Notes under the pieces: model-generated
What the model was told of the DNA's origin: nothing
What the model saw: only the letters and a program-made list of their open reading frames with translations
Databases searched by the model: none
NCBI GenBank assembly: GCA_037441475.1
Contig: JBBISB010000001.1
Span: 156,418-188,417 of the forward strand
Source: Candidatus Iainarchaeum sp.
GTDB lineage: Archaea; Iainarchaeota; Iainarchaeia; Iainarchaeales; CSSED10-239
Length of the DNA stretch: 32,000 nt
Direction of reading: 5' to 3'
Position numbers and translations under genes: made by a program
Shown: piece by piece, positions 24,988 through 32,000 of the stretch
How the letters are laid out: the number at the start of each line of letters is the position of its first letter
Position numbering within the stretch: the stretch's first letter is position 1

Positions 24988-26166
24988 TTATCTTCCACCG
25001 GCACCACCGCCGCCTCCACCACCACCAAAGCCTCCACCTGAACCTGAAGAGCTTGTTGATGAAAGATTTGAAAAACTATTTGAGAGTGCAAATGAAGAAT
25101 AAACTGCAAGTCTTTTATTATTTTCAAAGTCTTTTGGGTTTAATATTTTAATATTTTTTAAAACTTCCTTTGCAACTCCAAAAGCAGTTGCATATACTAA
25201 ATATTCTTCCCAAAGAATAACATGCTTTGGAGGGTGGTTTTTAATATCTGAAAAGTCAGTAATGTATTTTTTAAATCCTTTCCACTTAAGGTTAATTACT
25301 CTTCCTTCTTTTGTAAACCTTCCAAAATATTTAGAATTAACAAGAGCTAATGATGTAAATAAGATTATTCCAAAAAACATAAAGATGAAAGGCATTCTTT
25401 CAACAAGAACCATAGTTAAAATAAATAGAAAAATTAAATAAATAATTGAACAAATTAAACCATATTTCTTTCCTTTTCTATCATACATTTCTTTATTTTT
25501 AAAAAACTTTTTATCATAAGACTCTTTTATTTCTTTTGACATTAATGAAAAGTCTTTTCTAAAATCACTTATTTTTTTCATTTGATCAAAAATATTTTCT
25601 TTAAAGTTATAATTTCCTTTTAATATTCTTGAAATTTCTTTTATATTAAATTTTTCGTACTTAAAATACTTAAATAATAATTGATCAATTTTAGAAATAT
25701 ATTCTGGAAGTTGTAAATTAAGATTATTTCTAATTAAAAAGTAATCATCTTCTTCTTTTTCTAAAAAATAAACATTTTTCCATACCAAGTACATTATAGC
25801 TGATGAAAACCAACTTTCAGAAAATTTTTCATTAAGAAAGTAATTTGCAAGAAGGGGGTCTTTATTATCTGGAAGCTCTCTGTAATATTCTTCAAAAAAA
25901 CTAACCTCTTCTCTTGATAATTCTCTTGAATACTTTCTCCAAATAAAAAATAAAAATGGAATTATTAACATAATTGCAATAATTATAAGTTGTGTTGACA
26001 AAGATAAAGGAGTTATTGATTTTAGATATTTATTATAATCCTTTTCCCAATCTTTTTCAAGTTCTCTCATTTGCTGTGAAGAATACTCGCTTCCTGAAAT
26101 ATATTGAAAATTTGTAAACCATTCTCTTGGCATTAAAAGATTAATCTCAGCAGGTTCTTTTGGCAT
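24988..26166 (-). CDS. DUF2207-family membrane protein lacking the usual N-terminal extracellular domain (392 aa)
   Basis: TM helix, then the YYRELPDNKDPLLANYFL region. Later come two TM helices and the Gly-rich tail typical of DUF2207 proteins (SGSGGGFGGGGGGGGAGGR). Only ~55 residues precede the first TM. Confidence 0.75.
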   Translation of the reverse strand: MPKEPAEINLLMPREWFTNFQYISGSEYSSQQMRELEKDWEKDYNKYLKSITPLSLSTQLIIIAIMLIIPFLFFIWRKYSRELSREEVSFFEEYYRELPDNKDPLLANYFLNEKFSESWFSSAIMYLVWKNVYFLEKEEDDYFLIRNNLNLQLPEYISKIDQLLFKYFKYEKFNIKEISRILKGNYNFKENIFDQMKKISDFRKDFSLMSKEIKESYDKKFFKNKEMYDRKGKKYGLICSIIYLIFLFILTMVLVERMPFIFMFFGIILFTSLALVNSKYFGRFTKEGRVINLKWKGFKKYITDFSDIKNHPPKHVILWEEYLVYATAFGVAKEVLKNIKILNPKDFENNKRLAVYSSFALSNSFSNLSSTSSSGSGGGFGGGGGGGGAGGR

Positions 26167-26278
26167 TACTTTTTTTGCAAAAAGTCATTTAGATTTTTAT
26201 GATATTATAAATGAAATTCTAACTAATTATGGTAATTTAATATTAAGTAAAAAAGTTGGAATTGTAGTTGATTTATTC

Positions 26279-26806
26279 ATGCCTCCCAAAAGTTTTTTAA
26301 TAGAAAATAAAAATTATACAGTTCCTTTAAATGTTTTTGGAAATATTGAATATAATGTTCTAGATTTACTTGATGAAGAAATAATTGTAGGACTTCAAAA
26401 TAATTCTAGAATAAGTTTTGTTGATTTAGCTAAAAAGTTAAATTCTACTGTTGATATTATTAAAGGTAGAATTAAAAAGTTAGAAGATAAAAAGATTATT
26501 TTAAGATATAGTATTGATATTAACTATAGTTTGTTAGATTATGAGCTTTATAAGACTTTCAAATATTTTAAAGTTTTTTCAAAAGAAACAGAATTAAGAT
26601 TATTTAATTATTGTAACCAGAATCCTAATATTATTAATTACATACATCAAATTTTTTATTTTGATATTGCTTTTGAAGTAGTTGCAGAAAATTTTAAGCA
26701 ATATAATTTAATTATACAAAATATAAAACGAGAATTTTCAGATGATATAATAAAAATAGAAACTTCTATTTTAAGTGATTATTATGCATTTTCTCATAAC
26801 TATTAA
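26279..26806 (+). CDS. Lrp/AsnC-family transcriptional regulator (175 aa)
   Basis: The HTH_AsnC-type region is LDEEIIVGLQNNSRISFVDLAKKLNSTVDIIKGRIKKLEDKKIILRYSIDINY. It is followed by a RAM-like alpha/beta domain. The gene is divergent from the DUF2207 gene. Confidence 0.7.
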   Translation: MPPKSFLIENKNYTVPLNVFGNIEYNVLDLLDEEIIVGLQNNSRISFVDLAKKLNSTVDIIKGRIKKLEDKKIILRYSIDINYSLLDYELYKTFKYFKVFSKETELRLFNYCNQNPNIINYIHQIFYFDIAFEVVAENFKQYNLIIQNIKREFSDDIIKIETSILSDYYAFSHNY

Positions 26807-26875
26807 ATGTAAATAAATTTTACAAAACTATTTAATGTAAAATAGATTTTAATAAATAAAAAAAAGAAAAGAAAA

Positions 26876-27160
26876 CTATTCTGCTTTAATTTCAGTTTTC
26901 TTCATTCTCTTTGGTATAACAAAGTAACTCTTTGCTTTACACACTAAACATTCTGCTGTATAAACAGGTTTTTTATTCTGCTTTTTAACAGGCTTTATTA
27001 ATTTAGCTTTTCCACCATAACCAGACTTATGCTTTGCTTCATTTTTTCTAGTTCCAATAGACATAGCTCTTGCTTTCTTAGGCTTATATGCCTTTAATTT
27101 TTGTTCTGAATGTTTTTTACATTTTTTACAATATCTTTTTACTGTTTTTGGAAGGTTCAT
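26876..27160 (-). CDS. rpl44e: 50S ribosomal protein L44e (eL42), 94 aa
   Basis: Typical sequence MNLPKTVKRYCKKCKKH...GYGGKAK...CLVCKAK with a C-x2-C...C-x2-C zinc ribbon. This protein is restricted to archaea and eukaryotes. Confidence 0.95.
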   Translation of the reverse strand: MNLPKTVKRYCKKCKKHSEQKLKAYKPKKARAMSIGTRKNEAKHKSGYGGKAKLIKPVKKQNKKPVYTAECLVCKAKSYFVIPKRMKKTEIKAE

Positions 27161-27268
27161 ATCATTTCACTCTTTTTATAAATTTTAATTTTTTTAAATA
27201 AGTTGTTCACTCTTACTTTTATATAATATATATGAGCAAGCTTTAAAAACAAATTGTTTTTTAAACTT

Positions 27269-29173
27269 TTAAGAAAAAAACTTAAAAATCTCCTCTTTAT
27301 ATTCCTTAGTTTTAATAAACTTAATACTTCTTGGAAGATGACGCCTGTAGTTATCCCATTCATACCTTGAGTCAAGATAAACAATTACTCCTTTATCCTT
27401 CTCACTTCTAATAACCCTACCAGCACTCTGTACAACTTTTTGTAAAGCCGGTTGAATATAAGCATACTGCCATCCTTTCTTATAGATCTTTTCATAATAA
27501 TCTATTCTTGCCTTTGTATATATCTCTAATTTAGATAAAGGAATACCAATAATAACAGCTCCTAAAAGTAAATTTCCAGGCAGGTCAATTCCTTCAGAGG
27601 CCTTTCCTCCCATAACAGCAAACAAACAAGAACCTAGAAGTCTTGAAGAGTCCTTAAATTCTGCAATCATTTTTTCAAAGTCTTCAGTTGTGCTTTCTTC
27701 CTGTTGGTATATCTTAGGCTTACTAATCTTAATATGCTTTTCAATATCCCTCATCATCTCAAAACTTGGGAAAAAAACAACAGTGTTTCCTGGTATGGAG
27801 TTTACAACATCAGAGGCAATGCCTGCAATCTTTTTATACTCGTCATGGTTTCTATTAGTAAACTTAGTTGTTACACTGTTTATTAAAATATCAAGTCTAT
27901 TTTCCTTAATGAAAGGAGAGTCATATTCTTTTAAAACAGCATTTCCCTTAAGTCCATATATCTCTTCATACATGGAAAGAGGGGTTAAGGTTCCTGACAT
28001 TAAAACTGATGAAAAACAGTTTTTAAAAACATCTTTGGTTATTTTAGACACATCAAGTGCGTTGTTTTTAAGAGCTATAATGTTATTTTCAATCTTTATA
28101 TACTTTACAAAATCCTCTTCCTTTATTAAAAACCAACTTTCTAAAAATAAAGCTAAGGTTACAAGAGAGGATCTAGTTTCACTTTTCTTTTCAACATAAG
28201 ATATACCAGCTTCTTCAATCTCCATTATCCTTTCTTCAATATCTTCAAGATATTTAGAAGGAATAATCTCATTTTCTTTAACAAACTCTTCCTTTTCATA
28301 AAGACTTTTTTTATCCTTAAACTTAAGGTGAGCTATCTCTTCTATTTTTTTAACAAAGTCTTTTAAGAAACTAACAACGTTCTTTTCATCAATCTCTTCT
28401 GCTTCCTTAATAGCTCTGTTTATTATGTTTGTGTTTATTGTTTTTGAAATAAGCTTAATTATTCTTTCTTCTAAGTTATGTGCTTCATCAACAATAACAA
28501 TTGTTTCTTTAATATCCATGTTTATTTCAGCAAGGAAGGTTGAGGATATTCTTTTTGAGAATAAATGGTTATAGTCTGCAATAACCAATTGACATTCTCT
28601 TGCAAATATCTTTGAAAATTCATAAGGGCATAATGGCATTGGTTTTCCTTTTAAGGACTTAAACTCATAGGAGATGTTTTTTGAGTTTTCTGAGGTTAGA
28701 ATGGTTAAGCCTCTATTCTCTCTCTCTATCAATTGTTCTGTAATCTCTCTTTCTGTTTTGTTAATAGGTTTTACATTCATAAAGAAAGGGCATTGTTTAT
28801 TTAGGCATGCATTTTTACAAACTTCATAAAAACCAGTCTTTACTTGTGAGATTCCAGGTTCAATACAAAGGTTTCTTTTCCCTACAAAATCAATTGCTTT
28901 TATTTTTAAGTTATACTTAAAGTTAAGTTCTCTAATAACTTCTAAGGCTATCTTATGTTGTGAGGTTTTAGGTGTTAAAAAAAGTATTTTTTTATTATTT
29001 TCAAGAGCATAACTTATGGCTGCTGAAAGAGAGGCATCTGTTTTTCCTGTTCCTGTAGGTGCATGTAATATTATGTTTTTTCTATTTTCAAAGGCTTCAA
29101 GTATGTCTATAATGATTTGTTTCTGTCCTTCTCTAAAGGAAGAATGTCTGAAGTATATTTTCTTAAGTGGCAT
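27269..29173 (-). CDS. xpd: XPD/Rad3-family Fe-S cluster DNA helicase (SF2, DinG-like), 634 aa
   Basis: Walker A HAPTGTGKT. DEAH box VDEAHNLEE. Candidate Fe-S Cys residues between motifs I and II (NLC, EVC, NAC, KQC, PLCPYE). C-terminal motifs SGTL, GGKASEGIDLPG and QSAGRVIR. Confidence 0.9.
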   Translation of the reverse strand: MPLKKIYFRHSSFREGQKQIIIDILEAFENRKNIILHAPTGTGKTDASLSAAISYALENNKKILFLTPKTSQHKIALEVIRELNFKYNLKIKAIDFVGKRNLCIEPGISQVKTGFYEVCKNACLNKQCPFFMNVKPINKTEREITEQLIERENRGLTILTSENSKNISYEFKSLKGKPMPLCPYEFSKIFARECQLVIADYNHLFSKRISSTFLAEINMDIKETIVIVDEAHNLEERIIKLISKTINTNIINRAIKEAEEIDEKNVVSFLKDFVKKIEEIAHLKFKDKKSLYEKEEFVKENEIIPSKYLEDIEERIMEIEEAGISYVEKKSETRSSLVTLALFLESWFLIKEEDFVKYIKIENNIIALKNNALDVSKITKDVFKNCFSSVLMSGTLTPLSMYEEIYGLKGNAVLKEYDSPFIKENRLDILINSVTTKFTNRNHDEYKKIAGIASDVVNSIPGNTVVFFPSFEMMRDIEKHIKISKPKIYQQEESTTEDFEKMIAEFKDSSRLLGSCLFAVMGGKASEGIDLPGNLLLGAVIIGIPLSKLEIYTKARIDYYEKIYKKGWQYAYIQPALQKVVQSAGRVIRSEKDKGVIVYLDSRYEWDNYRRHLPRSIKFIKTKEYKEEIFKFFS

Positions 29174-29345
29174 GTGTTTTCTTATAATCTTTATTTGTTT
29201 TCTTTATGTTTTTTTAAAAGAAGATATAATATATTGTTTCTAAAGTAATATATACCTTTTGTAGGTTTCTGTCTTTGATAAAATAGTTTATAAAGCTTTC
29301 TTAGGTAATATATTGATCATATATTTATAATGCGTGTGAAAAAAT

Positions 29346-30158
29346 ATGGACTTTAAAAAAATAAAATCTTTAGCTATTTATTACTTTTCAGGAACAGGAA
29401 ATACCTTCTTTATCTCTGATCTTTATAAAAAGAACTTCCTGCTTAAAAGCATCTCAGTTGATTTTCTTCCAATAGAAAGTATAGAGGTTGTTTCAAGCCA
29501 AGGAAAGTATGATATGCTTGTAATAGCTTTTCCTGTCCATGCTTTTAAAGCGCCTAAGATGGTTGAGGATTTTGTAAAATCACTTCCTTTAACAACCACT
29601 AATAAACCAGTTTTGCTTCTTGCAAGCTGTGGGGGTATGCCAGGCTCTTCTTTTAGTTTTTTAAGAAAGATTCTTTTAAAGAAAGGGTATCATGTAGCCT
29701 CTATCTTTTACTATTCAATGCCAAACAATGTTTCTTTCATGTTTTCAAAAGACTTAATACCTGAAGAAGAGATTAAACAAAAAATATATCTTGCAAAAGA
29801 AAAAATAGAAAATGACTTTAATAAGCTTTACAAGGGAGAGGAGGAGATTATTAAGTCTAATATCTTTGTAAAAGCCTTTTCAAATATTGTTTTTTATTTT
29901 TTAAAAAAATCTTTAAAAAAGAACAAATGGGTTGTTGACATGAACAAATGTACTTTATGTGAAATTTGTTCTAAAAACTGTCCAACTCAAAACATCACTG
30001 TTAAAAAACAAAAAAATGAGGTTAAGTTTTCTGATAAGTGTATAATGTGCACTAAATGTTATAACTTCTGTCCAGTTAATGCCATTAACTATAAGTCTGA
30101 AAAAACAAAAGATTATAGAAGATATTTTCTTTTTAGAAAGGATACTATAAAAAAATAA
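29346..30158 (+). CDS. EFR1-type ferredoxin: flavodoxin-like domain fused to a 2x[4Fe-4S] ferredoxin domain (270 aa)
   Basis: N-terminal YYFSGTGNTFF flavodoxin-like loop. C-terminal CTLCEICSKNCP and CIMCTKCYNFCP cluster motifs. Confidence 0.8.
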   Translation: MDFKKIKSLAIYYFSGTGNTFFISDLYKKNFLLKSISVDFLPIESIEVVSSQGKYDMLVIAFPVHAFKAPKMVEDFVKSLPLTTTNKPVLLLASCGGMPGSSFSFLRKILLKKGYHVASIFYYSMPNNVSFMFSKDLIPEEEIKQKIYLAKEKIENDFNKLYKGEEEIIKSNIFVKAFSNIVFYFLKKSLKKNKWVVDMNKCTLCEICSKNCPTQNITVKKQKNEVKFSDKCIMCTKCYNFCPVNAINYKSEKTKDYRRYFLFRKDTIKK

Positions 30159-30174
30159 AAAGAATGATTTATTA

Positions 30175-30465
30175 ATGAGAAAGATATTGTTAATATTATT
30201 ATTACTAATAATGCTACTGCCTTCCTTTACCTTTGCAAGGGCTTTATCCATTGATTCTTACAACATAGATTATACTTTAAACAAAGATGGAATTGTAAAT
30301 GTTTCTGAAAAATTACAGTATACCTTAAATGGATGTTACACAGAACTTTACCTTCAAAAACCAACTTCCTTAAAGATATTAAATGCAAGTGGTTTTTGTG
30401 AAGATAAAGAGTGTACCTTTAGGCATGACTTAACAAACACACCTAGAAGTAAGTTGTGTTTTTAA
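30175..30465 (+). CDS. Signal peptide plus DUF2207 N-terminal domain fragment (96 aa), possibly a gene remnant
   Basis: The sequence MRKILLILLLLIMLLPSFTFA/RALSIDSYNIDYTLNKDGIVNVSEKLQYTLNG matches the start of DUF2207 extracellular domains (I.sY.v.i.v..dG...V.E.i.y.f.g). It stops after 96 aa with no TM or C-terminal part. Confidence 0.5.
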   Translation: MRKILLILLLLIMLLPSFTFARALSIDSYNIDYTLNKDGIVNVSEKLQYTLNGCYTELYLQKPTSLKILNASGFCEDKECTFRHDLTNTPRSKLCF

Positions 30466-30553
30466 AAGTTATGTTTAAAGAGAAAAAAGAAGATAAAAGA
30501 TAAAAACCTTAGAGTAAAAAAGAAAAACAAAGATTAAAAAGAAAAACAAAGTA

Positions 30554-30561
30554 TTTATAAA
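30554..30561 (+). promoter_or_regulatory. Candidate TATA box (TTTATAAA) for the membrane protein and ATPase operon
   Basis: Centred ~30 nt upstream of ATG 30588, with a purine-rich BRE-like stretch just upstream (AAAAACAAAG). This implies a leaderless or very short-leader transcript. Specificity is low in AT-rich DNA. Confidence 0.3.
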
Positions 30562-30587
30562 TCAATTTCATAAATATATTTAGTATT

Positions 30588-31262
30588 ATGGTAAAGATAG
30601 ATAACTATTATAAAGTAGTTGCTTCAACTTTTGGTATTGCATACGTTATTGGTGTAATCATTGCTTTAATCTATGCATATAGAGGAGAACTAGTTGTAGA
30701 GACAAGTAAAAGCTTTATTCAAAATCTAACACTTACAAACGCCATATATTTCAAACAAACCTTATATGAAATATTTAACAACTCCTTAGATCTTTTTGTA
30801 ACACCATTTGCATACCTTGTTGCAGCTATACAGTATGCATACGTTCATGTAGATCTTTTAACATCCTCCTTTTTAGGACAAATAAAGTTATTGGTTGAAC
30901 TAATACCACAGTTTCTTTTCTTTATATCCTATATCATCTTTTCAACCTTAGGTCTTAAAACCATTTTATTAATAGTTAAAACATTTTTAAACAACTTAAT
31001 AATTAAAGAAAATAAATATAAAATAAAACAGAAGTTTTTTACAAAAGAAGATATTAAGCTATTGTATATAGCTTTACTTTCAATAGTTATAGGAACAACA
31101 ATACAAACACACTTGATAAAGGTGTTGTTTATTTTCTTTATAAACTTAAAATCAATTGCTTTTATCTTAATTGGTATTATATATTTGTTAATAGTCCTTC
31201 TTTCAGTATATATAACCTTTAAGATAGTTAGTGAATACTTAAAAACATATAAAAAAGAATAA
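30588..31262 (+). CDS. Polytopic membrane protein (224 aa), function unknown, translationally adjacent to the ATPase gene
   Basis: Five to six hydrophobic helices. The stop at 31260-31262 lies 3 nt before ATG 31266. The antisense ORF 30929..31480 is a shadow. Confidence 0.65.
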   Translation: MVKIDNYYKVVASTFGIAYVIGVIIALIYAYRGELVVETSKSFIQNLTLTNAIYFKQTLYEIFNNSLDLFVTPFAYLVAAIQYAYVHVDLLTSSFLGQIKLLVELIPQFLFFISYIIFSTLGLKTILLIVKTFLNNLIIKENKYKIKQKFFTKEDIKLLYIALLSIVIGTTIQTHLIKVLFIFFINLKSIAFILIGIIYLLIVLLSVYITFKIVSEYLKTYKKE

Positions 31263-31265
31263 AAT

Positions 31266-32000
31266 ATGAGTCTTGACTTTACAGATAACATTGTTGTTGG
31301 AAGAAAACAAAGCGATATTGATAAATACGCAGAAAAAGCAACAGGGTATTTAGGAAAAGTAGTTGTCTCTGGTGGAGATGATCCTGTTTTAGGTAAAAAA
31401 GTATTAATGGATCTTTCAAGATCACATGTTATGATAATCTGTGGTAAGCGTGGTGGAGGAAAGTGCGTAACTGGAGACACTTTAATAGCCTTAGAAGATG
31501 GTAGAGAGATACCTATAAAAGACTTAGAAAAAGAAAAAACAAAAATAATCTCTTTAAATCAAAATCTAAAAATAGAAAAAGGAAAAGTAGAAAAATTTTT
31601 AAAAAGAAAAGTAAATGAAATAATTGAAATTAAGCTTAGAAGTGGAAAAGAAATAAAACTTACACCAGAACACCCTCTTTTAACAGTTGAAGGATGGAAA
31701 GAAGCAAAGGAACTTAAAGTTAAATCAAGAGTAGCAACCCCTAGAAAATTAAATAACATAGGAACAGAAAAAATAGAGATTGAAAAAATAAAAATAATAG
31801 CATACCTTCTTGCAGAAGGGCATCTTTCAAACAAAGTAGTTCTTTTTTGTAATAGTGATGAAAAAATAGTTGATGACTTTAAAAAAGCAGTAAAAGACTT
31901 TGATAAAGAACTTGACTTTACAGAAATTGGAAAATACAACTATAAGGTTATATGGGATAAAGCAAAAAAAGAACATTTTCAAAAAGGGACTTTAAAAGAA
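31266..32000 (+). CDS. HerA/FtsK-superfamily (DUF87-like) P-loop ATPase interrupted by an intein. Partial: it continues past the window end.
   Basis: My translation from ATG 31266 is open to 32000: MSLDFTDNIVVGRKQSDIDKYAEKATGYLGKVVVSGGDDPVLGKKVLMDLSRSHVMIICGKRGGGK-CVTGDTLIALEDG... The N-terminal beta-barrel-like region followed by H.MI.G.RG.GK (Walker A) is the HerA/DUF87 pattern. The gene is missing from the ORF track because no stop lies within the window. Confidence 0.8.
   Translation, partial: MSLDFTDNIVVGRKQSDIDKYAEKATGYLGKVVVSGGDDPVLGKKVLMDLSRSHVMIICGKRGGGKCVTGDTLIALEDGREIPIKDLEKEKTKIISLNQNLKIEKGKVEKFLKRKVNEIIEIKLRSGKEIKLTPEHPLLTVEGWKEAKELKVKSRVATPRKLNNIGTEKIEIEKIKIIAYLLAEGHLSNKVVLFCNSDEKIVDDFKKAVKDFDKELDFTEIGKYNYKVIWDKAKKEHFQKGTLKE
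31464..32000 (+). mobile_element. Intein (partial) with a LAGLIDADG homing-endonuclease block, inserted directly after the Walker A lysine
   Basis: Cys1 at codon 67 (TGC 31464). Block A is CVTGDTLIALEDGREIPI. Block B is LTPEHPLLT (T-x-x-H). The LAGLIDADG-like block is KIIAYLLAEGHLSN. The extein sequence GKRGGGK stops where S/T of GK[ST] is expected. Confidence 0.75.

Noticed and set aside
26807-26875. Absence of rps27e downstream of rpl44e, which are a common archaeal gene pair
   Set aside because: Only 69 nt separate rpl44e from the next gene, so S27e is clearly not there. Its location elsewhere in the genome cannot be judged from this window, and on its own this is not informative.
27157-27384. 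75-aa minus-strand ORF bridging the XPD 3' end and the rpl44e start
   Set aside because: It overlaps the conserved C-terminus of XPD in another frame, and the remainder covers the rpl44e promoter and SD region. The basic, low-complexity product has no support.
27690-28199. 169-aa and 60-aa plus-strand ORFs antisense to XPD, with similar antisense ORFs in ppsA (22812.., 23670.., 24574..), htpX (18429..) and the repeat-protein gene (15072..), and 29016..29243 and 29955..30251
   Set aside because: All sit inside or against strongly supported genes on the opposite strand and show no recognisable motifs. They are shadow ORFs.
30481-30552. Purine-rich direct repeats (AAAAAGAAAAACAAAG twice), considered as a possible CRISPR or other repeat array
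   Set aside because: There are only two short copies of low-complexity A/G sequence with no repeat-spacer periodicity. The same applies to the repeats at 13054..13131. No CRISPR array is present in the window.
30929-31939. Minus-strand ORFs 30929..31480 (183 aa) and 31559..31939 (126 aa)
   Set aside because: They are antisense to the membrane protein gene and to the ATPase/intein gene. The plus-strand translation there shows clear Walker A and intein blocks. The minus-strand products are Phe/Ser/Ile-rich nonsense.

Overview
AT-rich (roughly 30% GC by eye), densely coding window that looks like an archaeal chromosome. Hallmarks are ribosomal protein L44e/eL42, a tRNA-Trp with a bulge-helix-bulge intron and A73 discriminator, a NurA-like nuclease, an XPD/Rad3 Fe-S helicase, and a HerA/FtsK-type P-loop ATPase carrying an intein. 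The small secreted proteins, giant surface proteins and sparse metabolism suggest a DPANN-like small-genome archaeon, but that is inference only. Almost everything from 1 to 26166 is on the minus strand.

The left 12.3 kb is the unusual part. It holds two paralogous, membrane-anchored giant surface proteins: one is cut by the window edge at more than 707 aa, the other is 2696 aa. They share a distinctive N-terminal motif and the same domain order, and they flank a 558-aa Cys-rich protein with a type IV pilin-like N-terminus.

The rest mixes housekeeping genes (ppsA, htpX, lemA, rpl44e, XPD, a beta-CASP nuclease, an EFR1-type ferredoxin, an Lrp/AsnC regulator) with several oddities:
- a secreted protein with eight 10-residue repeats;
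- a NurA gene tightly coupled to a kinase-like gene split at a T TTT TTA slippery run;
- a 135-nt tRNA-Trp intron with exon-complementary segments;
- a small pilin-like protein;
- two ORFs separated by a single in-frame TAA;
- a DUF2207 gene apparently split into two oppositely oriented pieces 4 kb apart.

Two real genes run off the window edges and are missing from the supplied ORF track: minus strand 1..2121 and plus strand 31266..32000. No CRISPR array, rRNA or transposase was seen.
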